The notes below the pieces were generated by a model, which worked only from the letters and a program-made list of their open reading frames with translations, was not told the DNA's origin and did no database searches. A DNA stretch of 64,000 nt from an uncultured Gemmatimonadales bacterium. GTDB taxonomy: Bacteria > Gemmatimonadota > Gemmatimonadetes > Longimicrobiales > Gaopeijiaceae. The stretch lies in contig CAWELD010000004.1 in assembly GCA_963809895.1 (NCBI GenBank), positions 1 through 64,000 of the forward strand, in the 5' to 3' direction. The position numbers were made by a program, and so were the translations under genes. Below are positions 19,915 to 30,997 of this stretch, one piece after another. Within the stretch, counting starts at the first letter, position 1, and each line of letters begins with the position of its first letter.

Positions 19915-22614
19915 TCACTCCGCCCTCAGAGCCTCCGTCGGATCCACCCGACTCGCCCTCCGCGCCGGCAGAAACGCCGCCACCGCCGACACCGCCAACA
20001 ACAACAGCGGCACGCCGGCCAGGGTGACGGGATCCCACGGCGCCACGCCGATGAGCCACTGGCCGATGAGCCTGGACACGACCATGGCCGCGGCCACACC
20101 GACCACGGCGCCGATCACGGCGAAGGTCAGCCCGCGCCGCACCACCAGGCCCACCACGTCGCCCGCACCGGCGCCCAGCGAGAGCCGGATGCCCATCTCG
20201 CGGGTGCGGCGGGCCACGCCGTAGCTGACGATGCCGTAGAGGCCCATGATCGCCAGCACCAGCGCGAGCACGGCGAAGCCGCCCACCAGCGTGGCGGCCA
20301 TGCGCGGGAGGAAGAGGATGAAGCCCAGGTGCTCCTGCATGCTCTTCACGCCGGGCACGAAGATGTCGGGATCGGTCCGCCGCAGGGACTCCGTGACGGC
20401 CCGGCCGAGGGCGGCGGGCGGCACGCTGCCCCGGGCGACCACCACCACCGACGTGGCCGGGGCCTGGGCGTAGGGTTGGTAGAGGTAGGGCCGGGGCGGC
20501 TCCTGGAGGGTCCAGATCTTCACGTCCTCCGCCACCCCGACCACCGTCACGGGGTTGTCGCGGTCGCTGACGGGAATGAGGGTGTGGCCCAGGGCCGACT
20601 CACCGGGCCAGAACGCCTCGGCCAGCGCCCGGCTCACGATCACGACCCGGGGCGCGTCCGCGCGGTCCTGCGCACCGAACACACGCCCTTCGCGCAGCGG
20701 GATCCCCATGGTCTCGAAGTATCCGGCCGACACCGAGGTCATCTCGATGCGGTGGTGGTCCCGGTTCGGCGGCGGATCCACGCCGGGCACGTCGTAGAAG
20801 TTGACCCAGTTCCCGAGCTGGAGCGGGGGACGCGTGACCAGCGCCGCGGAGCGCACCTCGGGCAGGGCCCGGATGTCCTCGAGAGCGGTCTCCATCATGG
20901 GCTCCATGTCGGCCGCGGACTCGTAGCCCGCGCCCTGGCCGTTCACCTGCACCAGGGTCGCCGGCCCGGTGTCGAAGCCGGGATCGATGGAGCCGGCCTT
21001 GGCCAGGGAGCGGACGAAGAGCCCGGCCCCTACCAGCAGGACCACGCTGAGCGCCATCTGTCCCGCCACCAGCCATCCCCGGAGACCGACCCTGCGACCG
21101 CCGGCCAGGGCGTTGCCCTCGTCACGAAGCACGGTGCCCACCGGACTCCGCGAGGCCTGGAGCGCGGGGGTGAGGCCGAAGAGGAGCCCGGCGAGGAGGC
21201 TCACGCCCGCGGTGAACGCCAACACCTTGGGGTCCAGCTCCACCGCCAGGTTCAGGGGCAGGTCGATGGGCAGCTTGACGGCCAACAGCGCGCGGGCGGT
21301 CCACAGTCCCAGGAAGAGTCCGAGCACGCCTCCGGCCAGCCCCAGCAGCGCCGATTCCACCAGCACCTGGCGCACGATGGAGCCCCGGCTCGCGCCCATG
21401 GCCAGCCGCACGGCCACCTCGCGGCGGCGATCGGTGCCCCGGGCCAGGAGAAAGCCCGCCAGGTTCACGCACGCGATGATCAGCACCAGACCCACCACCG
21501 CCATCAGCAATCCGGCGATGGCCATGACCGCACCGTCGAGGCTGGGATGCAGGTAGAAGTCGCTCCAGGGAAAGGCGCCCAGCGCGAAATCCCCCTCGCT
21601 CCCCTGCGCCTTCCGCTCCCGGTCGATGCGGGTGCCGATGGCCTGCACCGCCGCCACCGCCGTCTGCACGTCCACGCCGTCCCGCACCCGGGCGGTGAAT
21701 CCCAGATTGCCGTTGGTGGGCTGATCCGGCGCCAGGTGCGGATACATGGCGTACGGAAGCCACATGTCGGCCTGCACGCCGGGCATCATCTTGCTGGTGA
21801 AGTCCTTGGGCGCCACCCCCACCACCGTGTACGGCCGGCCGTTGATGCGGAGCTCCGAGCCCACCACGCCGGGGTCGGCGCCCATGCGGTTCTGCCAGAA
21901 CGGATACGAGACCACCGCCACGGGATGGGTCCCCACGGTGGCGTACTCGTCGGGCGTGAAGAAGCGGCCGCGCTCCGGCACCAGCCCGAGCACGTCGAAG
22001 AAGTTGCCGGTGACCAGCTCGTAGAGGACGGGGGATGGCAGGCCGTCCTCCTCCACCGCCGCCTGCATGAGAACCCACGCCGTGACCCCATCGAGCACGT
22101 CGCCCGCGTCCTCCTCGAGACGATCACGGATCCAGTGGCCCGCATACGAGCATCCGCCGTCCTCCCCGACCGGGCAGATGTCGACGAGCGTCTCCGGATT
22201 CGCGCCCGGGGTGCCCGCCAGCAGCGTCGCGTTCACCATGGAGAAGATGGCCGTGTTGGGGCCGATCCCCACGGCCAGCGACAGCACGGCGATGGCGGTG
22301 AAGGCCGGCGCCTTGGCCAGCACGCGCACGGAGTACTTCAGGTCGCGGACGAGAGAGCGCACGAGCGGCTCACGGTGGGAGGATCGAGGGGATTGGCCAG
22401 GCGTCGGATCGAGGGCTCCGGCCTCGTCACGAAGCCGGGCGAGGGAGGGCGACAGCACCTCGCGCCAGTAGCGGAGACGGGCCCGCAGCAGGCCCTCGGA
22501 CTCCGCGTGACGCTGGAAGCGCTCGGCCAGGTCGCCGGACACCGCGTCTCCCACGCTGCCGGAGAGCCGGCGGTGCAGGATCCAGCGGGCCAGGCGGGGA
22601 GGACGAGGGCTCAC
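19915..22614 (-). CDS. Duplicated ABC transporter permease (ADOP/MacB-like)
   Basis: 'DLKYSVRVLAKAPAFTAIAVLSLAVGIGPNTAIFS', 'LIIACVNLAG...RRREVAVRLAMGA', 'RRTREMGIRLSLGA', 'RRASRVDPTEALRAE'. GTG start overlaps the PadR TGA. Confidence 0.95.
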   Translation of the reverse strand: MSPRPPRLARWILHRRLSGSVGDAVSGDLAERFQRHAESEGLLRARLRYWREVLSPSLARLRDEAGALDPTPGQSPRSSHREPLVRSLVRDLKYSVRVLAKAPAFTAIAVLSLAVGIGPNTAIFSMVNATLLAGTPGANPETLVDICPVGEDGGCSYAGHWIRDRLEEDAGDVLDGVTAWVLMQAAVEEDGLPSPVLYELVTGNFFDVLGLVPERGRFFTPDEYATVGTHPVAVVSYPFWQNRMGADPGVVGSELRINGRPYTVVGVAPKDFTSKMMPGVQADMWLPYAMYPHLAPDQPTNGNLGFTARVRDGVDVQTAVAAVQAIGTRIDRERKAQGSEGDFALGAFPWSDFYLHPSLDGAVMAIAGLLMAVVGLVLIIACVNLAGFLLARGTDRRREVAVRLAMGASRGSIVRQVLVESALLGLAGGVLGLFLGLWTARALLAVKLPIDLPLNLAVELDPKVLAFTAGVSLLAGLLFGLTPALQASRSPVGTVLRDEGNALAGGRRVGLRGWLVAGQMALSVVLLVGAGLFVRSLAKAGSIDPGFDTGPATLVQVNGQGAGYESAADMEPMMETALEDIRALPEVRSAALVTRPPLQLGNWVNFYDVPGVDPPPNRDHHRIEMTSVSAGYFETMGIPLREGRVFGAQDRADAPRVVIVSRALAEAFWPGESALGHTLIPVSDRDNPVTVVGVAEDVKIWTLQEPPRPYLYQPYAQAPATSVVVVARGSVPPAALGRAVTESLRRTDPDIFVPGVKSMQEHLGFILFLPRMAATLVGGFAVLALVLAIMGLYGIVSYGVARRTREMGIRLSLGAGAGDVVGLVVRRGLTFAVIGAVVGVAAAMVVSRLIGQWLIGVAPWDPVTLAGVPLLLLAVSAVAAFLPARRASRVDPTEALRAE

Positions 22615-22946
22615 CCATCCCCCGCGGGGTCGGGGGATTGCAGACCGTCCCAAAGGCGCTCCATGACCGCCCGGGCCGCCCTCAGGGACTCCATGCCGTC
22701 GGCGGTGATGCGGAAGAAGCGCTTGGCCTTGCCGCCGCGCTCCGGCGTGGGATCGCCCATGGACGAGCGCAGCCAGCCCTTCTTCTCCAGGCGCACCAGC
22801 GTCGTGTAGACCGCGCCCGCCGTGACCTCGCGGCCCGCCGTCTCCTCGAGCTCGTCACGCACCGGCACGCCGTACGCCTCGTCACCGAGACGCCACACGG
22901 CCAGCAGCACCTGCTGCTCCACGTCGCTGGGCAGGTCGCCGGACAC
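22611..22946 (-). CDS. PadR-family transcriptional regulator
   Basis: 'EQQVLLAVWRLGDEAYGVPV...GAVYTTLVRLEKKG...PERGGKAKRFFRITADG'. Confidence 0.95.
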   Translation of the reverse strand: MSGDLPSDVEQQVLLAVWRLGDEAYGVPVRDELEETAGREVTAGAVYTTLVRLEKKGWLRSSMGDPTPERGGKAKRFFRITADGMESLRAARAVMERLWDGLQSPDPAGDG

Positions 22947-23500
22947 CTTCGCTCCCTCCTGCTGGGGCTACGAATCGGGATTCCGGGGATTATCCCGCGG
23001 TCCCGAGGGTATTCCCTACGATCCCAATTAAATCGAGTTTCGGGGGCGCGGCAAGCGAGGATGGTGGGATGGGACGGCGGAGGGACGTTTTCGGCCGTGT
23101 GGGCGGGGGGCCGGCGGAGGGCTGGCGGGGCGGCGCGGCTTCCGCGCTTGCGGGGGGCGACCTTCCAGCGGCTCCCGGCGCGAAAGCGACGCCTCGGCGC
23201 ACCGATCGGCGGCGCTGCGTCGCGGGCGGAGGGCCGGCGCGCCCTCCATGGTGCGTACCGACCCCTCCGCGCGCCGTTCGTCGGCGCTTGGTCGCTTCGG
23301 CCCGCTCAGGGAGCCAAGACCGCCGTGGCCCACCCCGCGTCGAGCGCGCCGGCCCGCTTCGGCACGGTCAGCGGGTCAAAACCGCCTCACCGTCGCCACG
23401 GGGCCCGCGGGTGGACCCTTTTGCCGCCGCCTTCCGGGGCAGCCCCGGCAGCGCAGCCTTCCCGGGCACCCCCGGCCGCACCGCCCTCCGGACGCCCCCC

Positions 23501-24949
23501 CTACCCGGCCAACTCCTCCAGCACCCCCACCAGCAGCTCCCAGAAGCGCCCCACGGAATCCACCTTCACCCGCTCGCTGGGGGAGTGCGGGCCCTCGATC
23601 TGGGGACCGAAGGAGATCATGTCCATACCGGGGATCATCTCGCCGATGAGGCCGCATTCGAGGCCGGCGTGGATGGACTCCACCTCGGGCTCGAATCCCA
23701 GGACCCGCTCGTGCACGTCGCGCACGACGGCCAGCAGCCTGGAGTCCAGATCGGGCTTCCAGCCGGGATAGCCGTCGTGGTTGTCCACCGTGGCGCCGGC
23801 GAGCGCCGCCACGGCCTCGATCTTCTCGCGGATCCAGTCCAGCGCCGAGGCCACCGACGAGCGGGAGCTCATGAGCACCGCCAGCGCCCCGTCGGCGCGC
23901 TTCACAGCGGCCAGGTTGGTGCTGGTCTCCACCAGCCCGGGAATGTCGTTGCTCATGGCGATCACCCCGTGGGGGAGCGCCACCACGAGCTCGAGCGCCC
24001 GGGCGCTGGCGTCGCCGCTCCACACGCGGTCCGGCACCGGGGCGTCGGCCACGCTCAGCGTCATCCCCGGGTCGGGCACCTAGTACTCGTCCTTCACGCG
24101 GGCGAACTGGTCGTCGAGCCGCGCGAAGAAATCCCCCGTCTCACCCTCGGGAATGACGACGGTGGCCCACGCCTCCCGGGGGATCGCGTTGTGCTTGTTT
24201 CCGCCCTGGATGTCGGCTAAGAACCCGGGCATGGCCGCAGCCGACAGCATGCGGGCCAGGAGCTGGACCGCGTTGCCCCGCTGCAGGTGGATGTCCACGC
24301 CGGAGTGGCCGCCGTTGAGCCCGGCCAGCTTCACGGTGTGGGCGCGGGCGCCCTGGGGCGCGGCCATGCGGTCGAGGGCGAGGGTCAGGTCGGTGTCGGC
24401 GCCGCCGGCGCATCCCACCGTGAGGATGCCCTCGTCTTCCGAGTCCAGATTGATGAGCTGCTTGCCGGCGAGCATGGAGGGATCGAGCCCGGCGGCGCCG
24501 GTGAGCCCGGTCTCCTCGTCGATGGTGAAGAGGAGCTCCAGCGGGCCGTGCGCGAGGTCCGTGGCCTCCATGATGGCGAGCATGGTGGCGACCCCGATGC
24601 CGTTGTCCGAGCCCAGCGTGGTGCCGTCCGCTGTCAGATACTCCCCGTCCATGACCGGCGTGATGGGATCCCTGGTGAAGTCGTGCTCCACGTCGGAGTT
24701 CTTCTCGTTCACCATGTCCAGATGCGACTGCAGGATGGTCGTGGGAGCCGCTTCCCTGCCCCGGGTCCCGGGCTTCTTCACGACGACGTTGCCGGTGCCG
24801 TCGACCTGGTGCTCCAGACCGCAGCGCTCCGCGACCCCGATCACGTAATCGCGGATCTTCCCCTCCTCCTTGGATCCCCGGGGAATCGTCAGGATCTCGT
24901 CGAAGTGTGTCCAGAGGGATTTCGGCTCGAGGTCGGATACGAAGGTCAT
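23501..24949 (-). CDS. pepD: Aminoacyl-histidine dipeptidase (M20C); one in-frame TAG at 24080-24082
   Basis: 'ILQSHLDMV', 'TTLGSDNGIG', 'FTIDEETGLTGA', 'INLDSEDEG', 'GGHSGVDIH', 'IHAGLECG', 'HSPSERV'. Confidence 0.9.
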
Positions 24950-25210
24950 CGATTTCCCTTAGGTGACGGTCCGGGTGTGTGAGTTCGGGTCGGCGCGGCC
25001 GACGCGGCACTGGATTGGCGCGCGTCGAAGCGACGCCGACCCCCTGCAATCTGGCAAAGGACGGCGGGGGTCGAAACGGGGCGGGGGCCCGCGACTGCGG
25101 CAGTGACTACGTCATCCCGGTCCCCACCCTGCGTGGCACGACGTACGGAAGGCGGGTCTCCCGTTGAGCATCGTTCTCCTGCAGTCAACGACCCTCACAG
25201 GAGCACGATC

Positions 25211-25762
25211 ATGTCACGCACGATTCTCAACACCGCATTCGCACTGGCCATCGCGGCGCTGGCCCCCACGGTCGTCGCGGCGCAGGCCAACGCCATCCCC
25301 GAGGCACTCCGCGCCGAGCGCCCGCCCCGGCAGAAGCTGTCCGGTCCGCGCGTCGGCTTCACCACCTTCACCGGTGACGTGGCCAAGGGTCGCAAAGCCA
25401 TCGGAAAGTCGGCCATGATGAGCCAGTTCGGCTGGCAGTTCGAGACCCAGCTCGTGTCCACCGAGACCGGCCACCAGGCGCTGCTGGAGTGGATCCCCCT
25501 GGTCGGCGGCGTGGAGCAGGACGAGTTCAACCTCTCTGTGGCGTGGCTGGCCGGGCTACGCACTCCCAGCGGCATCGAGTTCGGCGTCGGACCGAACCTG
25601 AGCGTCAGCTCGGAGACGAGCGACGCGAGCACCTCGCTGGTCACAGCCCTCGGTGTCACTCTGCCCTTCGGAGAGATCCGAATCCCGGCCAACGTCGCGG
25701 TGGCGTTCTCCACCGGAGGCCCGCGCATCACGGCGCTGCTCGGCTGGATCGCGGGGTCGTGA
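25211..25762 (+). CDS. Secreted hypothetical protein (beta-strand rich)
   Basis: Signal peptide 'MSRTILNTAFALAIAALAPTVVAAQ'; AGGAG RBS; 'LSGPRVGFT...SQFGWQFE...GIEFGVGPNL'. Confidence 0.7.
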   Translation: MSRTILNTAFALAIAALAPTVVAAQANAIPEALRAERPPRQKLSGPRVGFTTFTGDVAKGRKAIGKSAMMSQFGWQFETQLVSTETGHQALLEWIPLVGGVEQDEFNLSVAWLAGLRTPSGIEFGVGPNLSVSSETSDASTSLVTALGVTLPFGEIRIPANVAVAFSTGGPRITALLGWIAGS

Positions 25763-25864
25763 GTCTTCGATCGGCGCGCGGCGGCTCGGGCAAGCGCCGC
25801 GCGTCGCTCGAAGGGGGCATGGTCAGTTCGGCCGTCTGACTACGTTCGTGGTCATCGTCTTGAT

Positions 25865-25910
25865 TGCCTACGATCTTAGGCATATCTATATTTGCCTACA
25901 TTCATTGGCA
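25865..25910. promoter_or_regulatory. Tandem HipB-type operators TGCCTA-N6-T(A/T)GGCA
   Basis: TGCCTAcgatctTAGGCA at 25865-25882 and TGCCTAcattcaTTGGCA at 25893-25910, upstream of hipB. Confidence 0.7.
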
Positions 25911-25934
25911 CCCCTCCCGCTCTGGAGACGCGCC

Positions 25935-26291
25935 ATGTTGCTTCGACGTCCCCATGATCTCGCGGCGCTGTTTCGCGACGGCCGAGGCCGGGCCGCATGG
26001 TCCCAATCCGAGCTCGCGCAGAGGGTGGGCGTGTCGCGCCAGTGGGTCTCGCTGGTGGAGAACGGCAAGACCAGCGTAGAGTTCGACCTCGTGGTCGGTG
26101 CCCTTCAGGAGCTCGGCTACCGACTCTACGTGGAATCCGACGAGGTCCCGGCGCGAGTCGAAGGCTCGACGGTCGAGTATCCGGAGTCCTCGGTACACCG
26201 CCCAACGGAGCGCACGCCGCTGACACGACACGGCGAGCCGCTCAGCCGAGAACGGGTCCGGCGCCGTCCAACGGACAAGCGCCATGAGTGA
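25935..26291 (+). CDS. hipB: HipB-like XRE antitoxin
   Basis: 'WSQSELAQRVGVSRQWVSLVENGK'. Overlaps the hipA start. Confidence 0.85.
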   Translation: MLLRRPHDLAALFRDGRGRAAWSQSELAQRVGVSRQWVSLVENGKTSVEFDLVVGALQELGYRLYVESDEVPARVEGSTVEYPESSVHRPTERTPLTRHGEPLSRERVRRRPTDKRHE

Positions 26292-27570
26292 GCTCTGGCT
26301 CGTAGCGAACGGCCAGCTCGTGGCTCGTCTCACGCAGCAAGCGACGGGCGCCCTGATGCTCACCTACGAGAGCTCCTGGCAGCAGCGCAACGATGCGTTT
26401 CCCGTCTCGTTGTCCATGCCCCTCGGGCGGCGCGAGCATCGCGACCCCGTCGTGGGCGCCTTCCTGGAGGGGCTTCTCCCGGAAGACGCCGACATCCTGG
26501 GACGATGGGCGCGACAGTTCCACGTCTCGCCCCGCAATCCCTTCGCCCTGCTCGCGCACATGGGTGAAGACTGCGCCGGCGCGGTGCAGTTCGTTCGACC
26601 GGATCGCTACGACGAAGTGGTGCAGGGTGGACCCGACGAAGTGGAATGGCTGACGGAAGAAGACGTCGCCGAACGTCTCCGGGACCTCGTGAACCGCCAC
26701 GGAACCGGACGACGCGCCGGAGATCGTGGCCAGTTCAGCCTCGCCGGTGCTCAGCCGAAGTTGGCCCTGCATTTCGACGGTGTCCGTTGGGGGATTCCGT
26801 CCGGCCGAACGCCCACGACTCACATCCTCAAGCCTCCCGCCCGGCCGGACCTCGACGGGTTCGACGTCAACGAACATCTGTGCCTTTCGCTGGCGAGGGA
26901 GCTCGGTCTGGCTGCCACGGAGTCGTGGCTCGAGACGTTCGGCGGACAGGAAGCCCTCGTCGTCGCCCGCTACGATCGCGCACTGCTCGACGGGGGCGAG
27001 GTGGTACGCCTTCATCAGGAGGATACGTGTCAGGCTCTCGGCGTCCCCCCCTATCGCAAGTACCAGAACGAGGGGGGGCCGGGGCCCGAAGACATCGTGG
27101 ACCTGCTGACCCGGCAATCCGATGATCCGGAGACCGACGTCGCCGCGTTCCTCGACGCGTTGGCGCTCAACTGGGTCATCGGCGGCACCGATGCGCACGC
27201 CAAGAACTACTCGTTGCTCCTGTCCGCCGCGTCCGTCCGGCTAGCCCCGCTGTACGATCTGATCAGTATCCTCCCGTACCCGCGGCTCGTCCACTATCGG
27301 GAGGCGAAGCTCGCCATGAGGATCGGCCGCGAATATCATCTGTGGAAGATTCGGCGCCGACATTGGGAAGATCTGGCCGCCCGTGCCGACCTCGATCCCG
27401 GGCCTCTCGTGGAGCGGGTTGCCGACCTCGTAGCTGCGGTGCCCACCGCGATCGGGAAGGCCGCGGACCGGATCCGGGACGAGGGCGTGACCCACGAGAT
27501 CATCGAGGGCCTCGAGCGCCGGGTGCGAGAGCACGCCGAGCGTATTCTCGATCGGCTGGCCTCCGAATGA
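26284..27570 (+). CDS. hipA: HipA-family kinase toxin
   Basis: 'FPVSLSMPL', 'FLEGLLPE', '[10 protein letters not shown]', 'SLAGAQPK', 'THILKP', 'RLHQED', '[10 protein letters not shown]', 'LAPLYD'. Confidence 0.95.
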   Translation: MSELWLVANGQLVARLTQQATGALMLTYESSWQQRNDAFPVSLSMPLGRREHRDPVVGAFLEGLLPEDADILGRWARQFHVSPRNPFALLAHMGEDCAGAVQFVRPDRYDEVVQGGPDEVEWLTEEDVAERLRDLVNRHGTGRRAGDRGQFSLAGAQPKLALHFDGVRWGIPSGRTPTTHILKPPARPDLDGFDVNEHLCLSLARELGLAATESWLETFGGQEALVVARYDRALLDGGEVVRLHQEDTCQALGVPPYRKYQNEGGPGPEDIVDLLTRQSDDPETDVAAFLDALALNWVIGGTDAHAKNYSLLLSAASVRLAPLYDLISILPYPRLVHYREAKLAMRIGREYHLWKIRRRHWEDLAARADLDPGPLVERVADLVAAVPTAIGKAADRIRDEGVTHEIIEGLERRVREHAERILDRLASE

Positions 27571-27616
27571 GGGGCGGGCCCTCCGACTCCCGCCTGAGAG
27601 CCGAGAGGATCACGCC

Positions 27617-30075
27617 ATGCACGCCAGCCAGTGGTGGGACGACACACGCCGGGATCTCGCCCAGGCCCTGCGCCAGCTCCGGCGCGCCCCCTCGTTCACC
27701 GTCGTGGCCGCCCTCACCCTGGCTCTGGCCATCGGCGCCAACACGGCGGTGTTCAGCGTGGTGGACGCCGTGCTGCTGAGGCCGCTCCCCTACCCGCAGC
27801 CGGACCGACTGGTGGCAGTGTGGGCGCGATTCCTTCCTCCCTCAGGCTACGACATTCCCAAGGCGACGCTGGGCGCCGGCGAGGTCCTGGGCCTCGAGCG
27901 CGACGCCCGCACCTTCGCTTCCATGGGCACCTTCATGCAGGGGCAGGCCGTGGCGCTCACCGGTGCGGGGCTCGATGCGCAGCAGGTGGGGGTCTGGCAG
28001 GCGAGCGCCTCACTGCTGCCCGCGCTGGGCGTGACGCCGGCCCTCGGGCGGTGGTTTACCGAAGACGAAGACGCTCCGGATGCGCCCGCGGTTGCGGTCA
28101 TCTCGCACCGCCTGTGGTCGTCCCGGTACGGCTCGGATCCCGGAGTCGTGGGGCGTTCGGTGATGATGAACGGGGTGGCGACCCGGGTGGTGGGCGTACT
28201 ACCGGTCGGGTTCTCGCTGGGGATGGGCGCAGCGGCTGACGCATACCTCCCCCTGAGACTGACCGCGTCGACCCGGGTCGGCCGCGTGCTGGGAGTCGTC
28301 GCACGCCTGGCCCCGGACGCCACCCTCGCCGACGCCGACCGCGAGCTCGCCGCCCTCAACCGCCGGTGGTCGGAAGACGCGGCGGTGCACCCGAGCGCGC
28401 TGTGGGCGGCGCCGCTCCAGGCCGACCGCCTGGGCGACGCCCCCGACGTGCTCCATCTGCTCCTCATGGCCGTGGGATTGGTGCTGCTGGTGGCCTGCGC
28501 CAACGTCGCCAACCTGCTCCTGGCCCGGGGCGAGCGGCGTCTGGCCGAGGTGCGGCTGCGCGCGGCGCTGGGCGCGGGCCGGGGGCGCATCGTGCGCCAG
28601 TTCGTCACCGAATCGCTGGTGCTGGCCGCAGTGGCGTCGCTCCTGGCGCTGCCGCTGGCGTGGGCCGGCACGCGCTCGCTCGTCGCCCTGGATCCCAGCG
28701 CGCTTCCGCGCCTCGAGCGACGTCCACCTGGGACTCGCGGCGTTGCTGTTCACCATGGGCCTGACCGGCGTGACGACCCTGCTCTTCGGAGTGGCGCCGG
28801 CGTTTCTCGCCGCGAGGGCCCGGAACGCCTCCCCGTCCGCCTCCCTCGCGCGCGTAGTGGGCGGACGGCGGCGCGGCCTGCTCCGCCAGACGCTGGTCGC
28901 GGCCGAGGTCGCGGTGAGCCTGGTGGTGGTGATCCTCGCCGGGCTGCTGGTGCGGAGCTTCCAGGCGCGGGCCTCCACGGACCCGGGCTTCCGGACCGCC
29001 GACGTGCTGGCCTTCGACCTCACCCTGCCGGAGCGCTCGTATCCCGAGCCCGAGCAGGTATCCCCCGAATACCAGCGTCTGCTGGACGAGCTCGGGGGGA
29101 TTCCCGGGATCGCGACCGCCTCGGGCGCCTCGGCCGCCCCCTTCGGCCGACACATGCTCCGCTTCGCCTTCTGGATCGACGGTCGGCCGCCCCCGGCGCC
29201 GGGCGAGCCCGCGTGGGACGCGGTCACGAACTTCGTCATGCCCGACTACTTCGAGAGCCTGGGGATTCCCATGTTGGCGGGCCGCGCCCCGACGCCGGCC
29301 GACGGCCCCGGCGCGCCGCTCGTGGGCGTCATCAACGAGACCATGGCCCGCACCTTCTGGCCCGGCGAGCGCGCGCTCGGCAAGCGCTGGCACTACGGTC
29401 CGGCGGATGGCGAGCAGCCCTGGATCACGGTGATCGGCGTGGTGCCCGATCAGATCCGCTACCGGGTCGACGAGGAGGCGCTGCCCCGAGGTGTACCTCC
29501 CCATGCTCCAGGCCGTGGACATCGGCCGCCCTCAGCGGGACCTGACCGTGACGCTGCGGGCGGCGGTGGATCCCCGGTCGCTGGCGCCGGCCGTGCGCGC
29601 GGCCGTGAAGGCCTTCGACCCCGACCTGCCGGTGAGCAACCTGCACACCATGGACGCCGCCCTCGGCACCTCGCTGGCCCGACCCCGGCTCACCACGCGG
29701 CTGCTCGCGGTGTTCGCCGTCCTGGCGCTGGTGCTGGCCATGGTGGGGCTCTACGGGGTGGTGTCGTATTCGGTCTCGGGCCGCGTCCGCGAGATCGGCG
29801 TGCGCGTGGCCCTGGGCGCCGACCGCCCGGCGGTGATCGGCCTCGTCACCCGCGAAGGCGCATGGCCCGCCGCCGTGGGCATCGCCCTGGGACTGGGCGG
29901 CGCCTGGCTCACCACGGACCTCGTGCGCAGCATGCTCTTCGGCGTCGCACCCGGGGATCCCCTGACCTTCACGGTCCTTCCCATGGGCCTTCTGCTGGTG
30001 GCGCTGGCCGCGAGCCTGGTGCCCGCGCTCCGGGCGACGCGCATCCCGCCGACGGAGGCGCTGCGGGAGGAGTGA
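27617..30075 (+). CDS. Duplicated ABC transporter permease (ADOP/MacB-like); frameshifts near 28720 and 29490
   Basis: '[26 protein letters not shown]', '[14 protein letters not shown]', '[13 protein letters not shown]', '[14 protein letters not shown]'. Confidence 0.9.
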
Positions 30076-30183
30076 CGGGGGGCGCCGGATCCGGAACCCC
30101 GGAACCCCGGGACCCCGGAGCCCGCGCACGGCGCATCGCAATCCCCCGGAACCACCACAATCCCCCGAGAACGAGCACGCGTA

Positions 30184-30210
30184 TTGACATGCAAGTCATC
30201 ACTTGCCTAT
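30184..30210 (+). promoter_or_regulatory. Promoter with ArsR-type palindrome
   Basis: TTGACA at 30184 directly followed by GCAAGT-catc-ACTTGC (30191-30206). Confidence 0.6.
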
Positions 30211-30220
30211 CGTGCAGTCC

Positions 30221-30505
30221 GTGACCGATGTCTTCGACGCACTGGCGGCGGAAGCCCGGCGACTGATCCTCGACGAGTTGGCGGAGCGAGATGGTCAGGC
30301 GCTGTACGAGCTGTGCGCCCGGCTCACGATGAAGCGCGGCCTGACCCTGACGCGCCAAGCCATCTCCCAGCACCTCGAGGTCCTGGAGGCCGCGGGTCTG
30401 GTGAAGAGCGTCCGGGAGGGCCGCTACAAGTTCCACTACATCGACACCGCCCCGCTCGACGAGGCCGTGGCGCGATGGCGCAGGACCCCCGAGGAGGACG
30501 AATGA
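30221..30505 (+). CDS. ArsR/SmtB-family transcriptional regulator
   Basis: 'DVFDALAAEARRLILDEL...TRQAISQHLEVLEAAGLV...REGRYKFH'. Confidence 0.9.
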   Translation: MTDVFDALAAEARRLILDELAERDGQALYELCARLTMKRGLTLTRQAISQHLEVLEAAGLVKSVREGRYKFHYIDTAPLDEAVARWRRTPEEDE

Positions 30506-30894
30506 CCATCCGGATCGGCTTGACCAGCGTCCTGGTGAACGACCAGGAGAGGGCTCTCGCGTTCTACACCGACGTGCTCGGGTTCGTGAAGAAGGAAGAC
30601 GTGCCCATGGGCCATCACCGCTGGCTGACCGTCGTCTCGCCGCAGGATCCCGACGGCGTGCAGCTCGTGCTGGAGCCCGACGAGCACCCCGCCGCGGGTC
30701 CGTTCAAGGATGCGCTGGTCGCCGACGGCATCCCCTTCACGTCGTTCATGGTCGACGACGTGCACGCCCAGCACGCGCGGCTCGAAGCGCTGGGCGTCCG
30801 CTTCACGCAGCCGCCGGCCACCATGGGCCCCGTGACCCTCGCCGTCCTCGACGACACCTGCGGCAACCTGATCCAGATCATGTGCATGGCGTAG
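30502..30894 (+). CDS. VOC/glyoxalase family protein
   Basis: 'TSVLVNDQERALAFYTDVLGF...RWLTVVSP...DDTCGNLIQI'. Confidence 0.9.
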   Translation: MTIRIGLTSVLVNDQERALAFYTDVLGFVKKEDVPMGHHRWLTVVSPQDPDGVQLVLEPDEHPAAGPFKDALVADGIPFTSFMVDDVHAQHARLEALGVRFTQPPATMGPVTLAVLDDTCGNLIQIMCMA

Positions 30895-30997
30895 AGGGTG
30901 GGTCGGGCGGCGGCCGCCGGGCTTGCCATTCGGCATTATGCCATTTAGCGTTATGCCATAAGGTGAGTTTCAGCTGAAACGTGGTGGGGGGCGCTTC

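Noticed and set aside
19513..22809. 1098-aa plus-strand ORF (also 56484..59072, 53472..55202, 59572..61428, 34480..36411)
   Set aside because: Antisense shadows of well-supported genes in high-GC DNA, with no recognisable motifs.
24080..24082. Stop-codon recoding (amber in pepD; opal at 6441 and 43912)
   Set aside because: TAG and TGA terminate many intact genes normally in this window, and the sequence is error-rich, so errors are the simpler explanation.
25134..25150. Possible sigma-54 promoter (TGGCACG)
   Set aside because: Lacks the TTGC -12 element at the correct spacing.
30085..30123. Short 8-bp-period tandem repeat (CCGGAACC-like)
   Set aside because: Only 4-5 degenerate copies with no spacers; not CRISPR-like.
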